Source: Auanema rhodensis
Taxonomy: Eukaryota > Animalia > Nematoda
NCBI GenBank assembly: GCA_964057225.1
Contig: OZ059894.1
Location: 13,454,001 to 13,518,000, forward strand
Length of the DNA: 64,000 nt
Direction: 5' to 3'
Under the pieces are notes generated by a model. That model searched no databases, had not been told where the DNA came from, and was given only the letters and a program-made list of their open reading frames with translations. The position numbers and the translations under genes were made by a program. The number at the start of each line of letters is the position of its first letter. The first letter of the stretch is position 1. Shown here piece after piece: positions 53,578 through 64,000 of this stretch.

Positions 53578-56500
53578 TTATTCTATTAACTCACGCTCAT
53601 TTTCAGGTTGGATATAATATGAACTTAACATTTCGTGAGCTAAAGTGTCAAAAATAAGTGGGCGTCTTTCAAATCGTCGAATTTGCTTCTCCTTCATCAA
53701 ATGGGCTCGGGTTTTACTGAAAACAGAAAGTTAAACTGACTAAAGCCAATCAAAATTGTCAGGAAAGAACTGAAATTTTGTGAACAAGCCCCTCATCCCA
53801 ACAAGCAGAGGATGAAATTCGATAATTAGGCAAATTGAACTTGCTACTACACTACTACACACCGAAAAGTAGGTCCAGCAACGAAGACGTGAGGGACGTA
53901 GTTCAAGGTCGATTTCTTGGGAAGTGGGGGAGTAGTGAGTGCCTAGAAAAAGTACCGGTTAACCACAACATGCCTCTGCGGGTCCGGTAAGTAATATGCC
54001 GAACAGGTCGTGAGTCCATTGTAGAGTTAATCCATGATAACAAGAGATAACATGTCAGTAGGTTACATGTGTTATTGAAAAGGACATGCTCGTAAACTGT
54101 TAGGTTTGTTAAGTGAAAAGTAAAAAACAGTTATAACAAGTAGACCACAGTTAATAAAAAACAGGGATAATTAAAAGGAGCATTATGGTTAAGCCATGCT
54201 GTTAGCTTGGGGATGTATTTCAAAGACATTGTATGTACATAGCAATAATAAATGAATATATATATACATATATAAATTTAGTTTGCAATCTATACAAAGA
54301 CAAAGTTAGAAACAATGTATAAAAATTGTCAAACCTTATTGGGTTCAGCCACAGGCACAACTCCTGGCTTGAGCAAAGCAGCAGCTCTAGCCTAAATATT
54401 TTTCATACTAGGATAAACAATAAGGTACAATTACTTTTAGGTAATTCGTGAAGGCAATAGGCACACGGCCATTTGTGATAGTCTTAGCAGCATCAATAAC
54501 TTTTCGAACATCGGCTGTGCTTACTGAAAGTAGAAAATTATTATACGAAATATACAAGATATTATTACCATATTTTTTTATTGCAATAGAATTTATTTCC
54601 AAATTAGGATTACGGGCTTGCTTCCTAATGTTCAGAACATTTTTAGGAGTTATACGACGAGAGACACGTGTAAATAAGTTGGTTTTAAGATTAAAGGGAG
54701 GGGCCCGAGGCTAAAAGAGGCAAAATTATATTACCGATAACCACTTTAAGAACAAACCAATGCATTTCCACTCTTTTCCGTTGTAATACCCGTTAGCTGA
54801 GCTGTTGGTGTCAATTGAGCAACAAGTTTTCCAGTTCCAACAGCACGGTTCTAATTAACAATACAATATTTACAATACCTAGAAACTGTAACAAATACCT
54901 GAGCAGCAGCAGAGGTTTTGTTAATTGCGAGAGAGTTTACCGAACTAGAAATTATTTTATTTTCCACTGTGGACATATCCGTTCCACCTTCCAAATCATA
55001 ACGATCTGTGATAAAATATCATACACTCTTCCAGAACATTAATATTATACCGCATGAATGTTTGAATGGTAAGCCACCAGATCTCTTCCAAAGGTTCCAA
55101 CAGGTTTGGCACAACCGGAGTTGAAGTTGAGCTGGACCCCAAGCATACCAGTTAACGGATTCTGAGGCCTAAAGGTAAGAGAAAAAAGTTTGAAAAACCT
55201 TACAATTAACTACAACTTACTTTACATCCTTCACAGACACTTCCGCCAACGGCAATGTTAGATGAGTTTAGTTGACCAATCAGGTTAGCGCATGGTTTGT
55301 TGTGGCTTGGAATATACACCTAAATACAGTATATGTAAAAAAACTTGATAAAAACAGATTAATTACTTGTTTCAGTTTAGCCTCTTTCTCCTCTGATATT
55401 TTCTTGTTACGCCCATCAATATATCTGTTAGTTGTCTTCCACATATAATAATACTCAACAATATCACGCATACCCTTCCAAGGAAGCTAAAACTTCTAGT
55501 CAAAATTTTAAATATAGCGAAATACTAACGAAATCATTTCTAATATCAGAGAAATCTTTTCCGTATTTCTCTAGAGCTTCTTCAAAGAGATTAGCCTCGG
55601 CAGCAGACCATTCTTCAATTTGATCTCTGTGAATCGGAAATTAAATAAACTTTTAAAAAAAAATTTGAATACCTGATGAGGATGGGGCCACCAAGGCTAA
55701 TGGTGTTATGACCAGTAGCCTTATCAACATCGAGAGGGTAGTGTTCTTTTACCGGTGGAGGAACTAAATACTTCATTCCCTCTGCTAAATCATAACCAGA
55801 CTGATGTAGTAAGGCCATAGCATGAAATATGGTAACATCTCTTGAAGCAGCAGCAGCAGTCATATGAAGAGATGGCAATTTTGTAGAAGAACTAGTATCT
55901 AAAGCTCTAGAGAAAGTGCCAACAGCTCTGAAAACATTGGATAAGAAGCGTAAAAGCAAAATAATAACCTAGCTATTATCAAAAATTGATCAATTTCACG
56001 TTCAGAGAGATTGTGGTAGGGATGATAAACTATAATTTCTCTTTCAGTTTCTTCGATTGGACCTTTTTCCTTTTTATTGTCTTCCTCAGACTCTTCTTCT
56101 TCCGCAATCATAAGATCTCTTAAATACATTATAAAATTAATGTACTATTAAGAAAACATACTCATTCTCCTTCACGTCCTCCACCTCAGTTTTTGTTTCA
56201 GGGTTAGGTGGAGAAAAAAGTGGAACCTCAGCCTGAATAAATTGTTGATAATGAAGCTGATAAACAAATTTAGAGTTAAGTACCTGGTATTTATCGCCTA
56301 CACGAATAGCGCCCTTATCTGCTAGAAGAGACATTTGTGAAGGGTCATAAACCAATGAATAAAAATAAGCATCCTGGAATATATAATTATACCAATTTCC
56401 AAAACCTTCTTCAAACCTCTCGTTCATAACAATCTGGAGTTTCTATCTCACTTAACAAAGTTACGGAACATTTGCCTCTAATCTGCGATGCAGGTAATGT

Positions 56501-57272
56501 TTCAATCTGCCGAGATAAAAATAATTCACGTAGCCTGAATACATAAGATGCAAAAAAAGCTTGAATAGTACGAAATACCTTAATTTATATCTATCAGATT
56601 TTGACAATTTCTCAGCTCCGGTTGGCAAACCCGCATATCCCCAATCGAAACTGCCTTCATCTTCTCTATTTTCTTTACCGTCGCTATTAGCTAAAATTCA
56701 GAATTCAATTTTGGAATTTAGACACTATGCAGTACCATCTGGATCTTTATCACCATTTACTACTACTGTGTGTCCTGAGGTATCCATAGCTTCTGGACCT
56801 GCTTTTTCCTCTTCCAAGTCTGGAAACAGTTTAGTAAAATCGAATTTTATATCAAAGTTGTAAAAAAATCGATAATAATCAAAAACGTACATTCATCAAA
56901 TCTTCTTTCTGCTTGATCGGCAATCTTGAGCAAAGCAGCACTAATATCACGTCGCCTATAGAAAACAGTGACACGAGCTTCAACAACATTACCAGACGAA
57001 TTCTAAATTAATTAAATGAACAATACATTTCAAATACGAATAAGTTATTATTAATGTATAAGTATACTTTTGTCAGTTCTTCAATCCTCCTGATATTATA
57101 AGGGCCGGCGTTAGAATCTTCAAAATAGACGCAGTCTAAAGCAAATCACAGTAAGAAAACAAACATAGTTTGTTTAAAAAAAAGTTAAAACATTCAACTT
57201 ATAAAAAAATATAAATTAACAAAACGAAAATTGTTTATACTCACCGCCTACACGATACATATTCTGCGTCAT
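53578..57272 (-). CDS. lin-40: MTA1-family NuRD subunit (BAH-ELM2-SANT-GATA zinc finger-R1-R2)
   Basis: [29 protein letters not shown]; [24 protein letters not shown]; [12 protein letters not shown]; [14 protein letters not shown]; [25 protein letters not shown]; [25 protein letters not shown]; R1 [12 protein letters not shown]; R2 encoded by distal exons 53942-53863 and 53716-53578. Confidence 0.93.
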
Positions 57273-57299
57273 TGTGAGGAATTGATTTCAAATCTTAAG

Positions 57300-57660
57300 A
57301 ACTGATAAAAATGTAACCAGCTTGTAAACCCGACGTGGTAAAACCCTCTGAATATATAAAAATAACTTATTCAAAACTACATTAGAAATGAATAAACTAA
57401 AATCAAATTAAGACGCTGAAACAAACTTGGTGCGCCAAAAATGGTATGGCTCAAGGACTAAACAATGCCGGCTAGTATTGATTACCGTAATCGGCATCTT
57501 TTTCTAGAGCGCGCTTTCTATGACAAATTTGAATTTGTTGCTGTTCCAAACAATTTCTTTCGCTTAAATAGTTTCTTTTACTTTTTTTGTCGAATATACT
57601 GTTTCTATATTTTAATAAGCCTTTCAACTATTATATTTCAACTCTTATATATTTTTAAGC
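57300..57660. promoter_or_regulatory. Divergent promoter between lin-40 and apc-10 with an E2F-like site and a GAGCGCGC element
   Basis: TTTTGGCGCA (minus strand) at 57431-57440 and GAGCGCGC at 57507-57514, within a ~450 nt head-to-head gap. Confidence 0.5.
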
Positions 57661-57726
57661 AAAATTTCGGAAACACTGTTTGTGGGCGAGGACGATTTCA
57701 ATATTGAAACTCGTCCTAGTCGTCAT

Positions 57727-58585
57727 ATGAATGGCTCAGACTGGGTAAGTGAAATAAAATCAGTTTTAATTTAACGATATTTATAATATATTGTATTTAT
57801 TTTTTTAGAGGTATTTTGTACCTTCTGGCGTAGATAAGCACGATTTGCCTCTGCGTGATATATCTCATCAGGGAACCTGGACTCTTTCCAGTTGTAAAAT
57901 TGGTGAATATATATCGTATTATTAAAATTATTTTATGAATTCAGATGGATATGGAGTTCATGAGCTACTTGATGAGTCTGTAGAAAAATACTGGCAGAGC
58001 GATGGGCCTCAGCCACACACTGTAACTATTGAATTCGCCAAGAAAACCGATATTTGTTTCATTTGGCTTTTCCTTGATTTCAAAAATGATGAATCTTATA
58101 CACCATGCAAGTATGGTTTATTTTTTATATGTTTGTAGTTTAAAAATGTTGTTTCAAGAATTGTGGTTTATACTGGGTCCTCATTAATGCATTTAGATGA
58201 AACAAGAGATCAGCTATTTCACGAGCCTGTTGGATGGCATGTTAGTTTTTACAATTTCCGATAATATATCATGTAAACCAATAATTATATTTTATAGTAT
58301 ATTGACTTACGAACTAATAACCGCCCTACCCGAGCCAACGTTATACAGTTACAAGTAGTCCAAAATCATCAAAATGGTAGGGACACGCATATTAGGTTTG
58401 ATTAATTCTGAGATCTCGATTTAATTCTGATTTGCAGGCATATACGAGTGTCTGGACCTGCGATCTCTAGGTTTGATTCTGATCATCGTTTCATTCTTAA
58501 CAAGGAAAATTGCGAGGAAGAGTTCACTTATAAGCGTTCCGACGATATTGATAGATTTTTAACTGATTATATGAATATTAGATAA
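57727..58585 (+). CDS. apc-10: Anaphase-promoting complex subunit 10 (DOC1)
   Basis: WTLSSCK; YWQSDGPQPH; DESYTP; EPVGW; NHQNGRDTHIRHIRV; C-terminal IR tail (YMNIR*). The frame is open upstream to about 57660, so the N-terminus may be longer. Confidence 0.95.
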
Positions 58586-61500
58586 GAGTAATTTATTTTA
58601 ATCTGATTTTTTCCATTCACAAATTCATGTTGAAAGAGTTTGAGAATCTCACGAACAGTATGTTTATATACTGTCCTTGTAAATATTAACTTTCTCCAAA
58701 AAGCGTTTTTCATGAGTTAAGATAATAGTTTCATTTTCTCTTGTCTTCGAGTTCTAGTACTAAAATATTCTAGAGTTAGTGAATTTGACATGACATATCC
58801 GTTTTAATGTCCTATTCCGAAAAACAAGTGTTTTCTTTATAACCAGGTTTGTTTATCAGATATGAACTTGCTATCTCTTTATTTCGATTAGTTGTAATAT
58901 GTTCTTTCTCAAAATAAACAACTCTTTGAATAAAAAAACTAAATTTTAGAGAGTGAGAGTTACAGAAGAAAAATTTCATATATGAAAAGTTGTGCGATTA
59001 AAATGGTTATCGTTTGTTTTAGAAAAATTCTGAGCACATGTTGTGTTGCTTGATCTTTCTTTCATTATAGTTATGTCAAATCAAAAATAGAAATATATTA
59101 AATAAGGTGATTATTTATTTTTGACGATAGACCTATGATACTATATTACCATTACTATATATATTCTTGTAATTACACAATTTTGGATGTCCTGTTCTAA
59201 ACTTATAAACTTCTACGCATCCCCCTCAATCCGTAATTAGCACAGCACATGTTTTACAAAAGTGGTAGTAAAATAAGATTTGAATTGCTTTCATTATAAA
59301 ATTTACAAGGAGTAATATTTGTTTTAAAATTATAAAAGATAAACTTCAAGATTTCCTGATCTGCGGCCGGGTTCTCCTACTAAAAGCTAAAAATGTTAAT
59401 TATTAATAGTTGTTTTTATCTGAAACATTAGTTCAATTTTGACTTCAAATTGAAAAAATATTAAAGATCGAAGAGGAATTTCCGTATAAGGCGAGATTAG
59501 TTAAGAAGAAAATAGAAAAACAAAACAAAACAGAATTTTTCGTTCCAATTATCCTTTTAGTTTGATTTTAGATGAAACTGTTTATACATATGTATGTGTT
59601 AACTGTTTCATGCTTTTGTGTTATCTGGGTTCCTGAGCACGATTTTTCAAAATTGAATATTAGAATTAAACATTCAACTAAATCAGTAGTTAATTTGAGT
59701 CATTACTCTATGATTTCAACATGATATATTATTAGCTTAGGTTCAGCATTTTCTCAAAAATTATCGCTTTCGGTCGAGCCTTCATGAAGTGAACAAACTT
59801 AATCTAAACTAATTGTTGTGATAATTGCCATAATTTGATCTTAAATAATGAAGGAAAGGATGAATATGGCAGATTTAAATGAACCAGAGGTGCTTCGATC
59901 GTATATAGATATGCTCATGTTATACATACTATGTTCAAAAATGAGTAAATAAATAAACATGTCATTATAATCTATTTTTTTTGGCATTTTAACTTTTTTT
60001 TTCTAAAGGTATGTTATTAATAATACTTATTTGAATATTTAAGATAATGTAAAACTACTGGAATAAAAATATATATTATATGAATACTATACTATATTTG
60101 AAATTATAAACCATATGTATAAGTACATGATGTTTATTAATTTATAAACGCAACCGCTCTTATTATAATTTAAAATAATAATTAACGTGATTGCCTTAAA
60201 TAATTTGAAATGCTTCATTAGCATACATATTACTAGTATAAAGGAGTGGTCACTTCATTATGTATTGCACCAGCTTCTTTTGAATTTATTTAACTTTATA
60301 AAACTAGATGTTTGATGATTTTTATGACATCATTATCATAATAGTAGAAAATATATGATATAGACGCAAAATTTGTGAATGCTTATTAGAAACAGGTTTT
60401 TGCTCATCATCATATATGTATTTCTGGGAAGTTAATTTCATTTTTAAGACAAGTTAATAATAATCATCTTTCGAAATGTATTCGTATATGAATACATATA
60501 CATACATACTTTTTTTATTAATTTTTTTCTGTTTTTTTAAATATGAGAAATAGTATTATCAATAGTTGTAGTGCTTTTTCAACGATATCAATTACTTCCA
60601 AAGACTTAACCAAAAATATTTCGGAATATTTACTATGTCTAGTACCCTTGTTTATTAAATCATTTTTAAAAATAATGTGTTTACTTACGATCATCATTTA
60701 GTCTTATTTTAAGGTAATTTTATGACTTCTTTTGACATATATTAAGAATATATTTGAGATTAATTGAGAGAAAATGTCATTTTTTTGAAAATATTGTAAA
60801 ATATATATTTGTTCCTTCGTTTTTACCCCCAAAATAACAAAAATAATATTATGTCATATACATAAACTACCTTACTAAATACTAACTTCTATCACTACTG
60901 CAGAAAAAAACTTCTCTTAATTTTCTTTTCGTTTTCAGAATTTTTGCCACACTCGTTCTCAAATGACTGACCTGTCCAGCTGTCCGTCACTCGTTTTCCT
61001 TTTATTGGATAGAGTGTAACCGATTTCTGTCAGTATCCGTCTATCTAATTCTTTCGACTAATCCTCATGAAATAAATAATACTTGTGTTGTAAATGTCAG
61101 ATGTGAAACGAAGAATATTTTGTTTTAAATCAGTTCTTTAAGAGTTTTAAATTCAATTTTTGGATGCCTATAAATGTATTTGTTTGATTTGTATTTACAT
61201 ATTATACTATATAGCATACAAAGAAATCTGGATTGCTTGATGAGCAAAGAACTTGGAGTCAAAAAATAGAATTTAAATGCTCATTGATCATAATTGGTTC
61301 ATCGTTCATGTTTTCATTCAAAACCGTCATTTGCATTTCGACCTATCCTTAGAAGCTGTGAAAGTTAGTAATCCATTGATGATCAACACGTGAATTACCA
61401 TCTCCCATATTAGAATTCCATAGTTTTGATGTCATATTCAGGCAAAAATCTGATCAGATTGAATAACCTGCATGAGCTTAACAAATAGAAAGCAGTAGAG

Positions 61501-61675
61501 TTGAGCGACAGCAGGTTATGAATAGCCTTTCCAAGTTGTCAAAACCAAAATAAAAAATTGTCTCTAGGATTCTCAATCGGCGAGTTCAAATACTCATACA
61601 CATTCTTTTTCATTCTGTCTACTCTCGTTTTTTTCTCTTTTTCTTGCTCAATCTATCGGGTTGTTCAATACAATC

Positions 61676-61738
61676 TCTTTCTCTCTCTCCCTCTTTCTCT
61701 CTCTCCCTCTCTCGCTCTCTCTCTCTCTCTTTCTCTCA
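61676..61738. repeat. (CT)n tract, likely upstream of a gene beyond the window
   Basis: Direct inspection; followed by tttcag/ctgcag acceptor-like sites with no credible CDS before 64000. Confidence 0.85.
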
Positions 61739-64000
61739 GTCTTTTATTTAAAAAAAAAGTTATTAATCCTGTATGTCTTATTAGTATAGTGTAGACTTGT
61801 TAGATGATTGATCATCGGAAAGCCGCGACGTCCGTCTTACTAGCTTCCTGGACATTGGAAAATCTTACTCATTTCATTTTTCTGCAGAAGAATGTTGTCA
61901 AGAAAATAAGCCAGAAACCATCATAATCGTTTGCTAAGCTTGCTTGAGATTACTTTAGGTTGGGTCCATTTCTTTTTTCAAGTTTATTCTTTTAGAATGC
62001 TCCCTTTTCTGTTACACCGCTTTCAGTACTCATCGATTCCAAAATTATTAAATGAGAAATATGTTCTCATGTTTTCTCACCTTTCCACCTTCTCTGTTTG
62101 TGTAATTCGGTTGAATTACATCATAGGTCAGCAACAATATTGCAAAGTATCACCTTGACTACAAACAATTCGATAATTAGCTCATTTTGAGAACATTACC
62201 TTGTGTCACTTGTGACTTCATCAAAAGCTTCAACATACAAATTTTGTGCTGCCGAAGTAATGAATTTTGTCATTGGGCTGACCAGACCTCATAAGTCAAA
62301 TACAACTCATAAGAATAAAATTGTGTTTGATTGGTTTTTTTTATATTTCATCAAGCGATTTGTTATCTGAACAGTTTTATATAAATCATAGTTACAAAGC
62401 TATAAGCTTGACTTATCTTAGTTCCCAATCCTTCTGAAACTATAGACATTGCTGTTGAAAAAGAAATTGCATCCTAGTGTTGTTTTTCGACGACGTTAGA
62501 CTAGAAGGATTCTATGCCCCATTCCATGAGTCACATTACTTCAAACTCCTCAATCTAACTTGAACGACGAATTCGCCAACTATTCCCTATATCCATGTTA
62601 TTGTTCTTACTCTTCTTCTATTTCTTCAATTGATTAAGAATTATGATTAATTGATTATTTCTCCAGTTTCTTTTGAACTAAACACCGATTAACTTGAACT
62701 TATTTTTCAAAATATTATTGTCAGATGATATTCTTGGACTGTTATCTGTATTAACTACTTCCTTGAACGAACAGAAGACAATCATCTGAAATTTCAAATG
62801 ACTTTGTCTATTTTTCTTTTTTATTTATTCGTTTTCAGAGATATATGATCCCTCATCTTCTTGACACAAACTCACATAATAAAAGATTTATTTTCAATAA
62901 AACTTTCCAAAATATTTAGACTGAATTTGAAGGAGATAACTAGCAGCATCATTCTTTAACACTTTTTTGTTATATTTTTAACAAATTTTGTTTTTCGTTT
63001 TTATATTTATAAGCAATTGCGTTTCTTATTAAAAAGTTTAAAATATGTAAAGAGATACCGTACATATACATACATAGGTGTGTCTGGACTCAAGTAGTCA
63101 TAGACTGAAGTTGATTCAAAAGCCAAAAGTTGACAAAGTCAAAAATCTTTTGAATCAAAGTAAGTTAGTAGCAAGCAAATTTTGAACATAATTTCAGAAC
63201 CCTTTTTTTGGTGAAAGGAAGTGAGTGGGGACATTTTTTTTAACTTTCAGCATACGAGGGAAGTAATTTTCAATATATATCTTTTGGTTGAACAGATTTT
63301 TAATTCGTTTTCTCTTATTTACATAAAACCACCCATCTCTATTTCGTCTTTAAAAGGCAAATTGTTTTAAAAGCAAAATCATATATGTTCCAAAAGTGAT
63401 GACAACAAGGAAATGCCACCGTCCTTTTTGCGAACTTAATTTATTCCGGAAAACTGAATATGTCGTTTCACACATATTGCTGATCTTCTAACTTAAAGGT
63501 TTTCAGCAATAATTATGATGGTTGGTTGGATACTTATGATGCCTATTATCAAGAACACTAGATTCTACCAATCCTTATCTTATACAGTATTCTTATACAT
63601 AAAGATATGTAATTTAAGAAAAAAAAATTATATTGCTTTCAAGCTTTAATTCCTTTCGTTCAAAATTATTTCATTAATTTTTGATTTTTTCCCTTTTTAA
63701 AAACAAAAAAAAATAAAAAAGGGGTTCAAGAGAAATAAATAAATATCAATTCCAAATTTTTATCAACTACAAGTCTTTCATTCCCTACTCTCAACAGTTC
63801 TATTTAAAATACTAATATAATGGACAACTTAAATAGGTAAAGAATACGAAAGGTCATATAAAAAATTCAAAATACTTAATCGTTTACTATCTATATTTCT
63901 TTATTTCTCGTCGTTTTTCTTTTCAATTTGTCGTCTCATATTCACTATTCTCTATTTCCTCCCTTCTTGTTTCTATCTTCTGAACTCCCGGTTTTTCTCA

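Noticed and set aside
56440-56470. Apparent AAG acceptor in lin-40
   Set aside because: The sequence is continuous coding exon ([13 protein letters not shown]), not an intron.
58600-64000. Possible coding exons after tttcag/ctgcag sites (about 60938, 61887, 62838)
   Set aside because: No credible open frames follow; probably the 5' non-coding region of a gene outside the window.

Overview
AT-rich eukaryotic DNA from a rhabditid-like (clade V) nematode. The evidence is many ~42-55 nt GT-AG introns, trans-splice-type acceptors next to start codons, operon-like gene spacing and C. elegans-like codon bias in a highly expressed gene. I assembled 15 spliced protein-coding genes by hand; coordinates span introns and exon edges are approximate. 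Left to right: a degenerate seryl-tRNA-synthetase-like (SLIMP-like) gene (5'-truncated, +); a minus-strand pair (AKTIP/FTS and a small mitochondrial membrane protein) divergent from a plrg-1/prp-38/secs-1 cluster; cathepsin B with a GATA-rich gut-type promoter; a secreted Cys/Gly-rich protein (-); a Ly6/LU protein (-); a ~14 kb gene-poor region; a MAO-like flavin amine oxidase; an FN3-type membrane protein; a neurensin-like gene; a small secreted peptide-precursor gene; lin-40/MTA (-) divergent from apc-10; and ~5 kb of non-coding sequence. I can support no rRNA, tRNA, CRISPR array or intact transposon. The most notable observations are a SLIMP-like pseudo-SerRS in a nematode, frequent AAG 3' splice sites, a two-exon neuropeptide-like gene whose second exon the ORF track misses, distal MTA exons encoding a second RBBP4-binding motif, and candidate alternative last exons or structured RNA elements at the MAO and neurensin loci.
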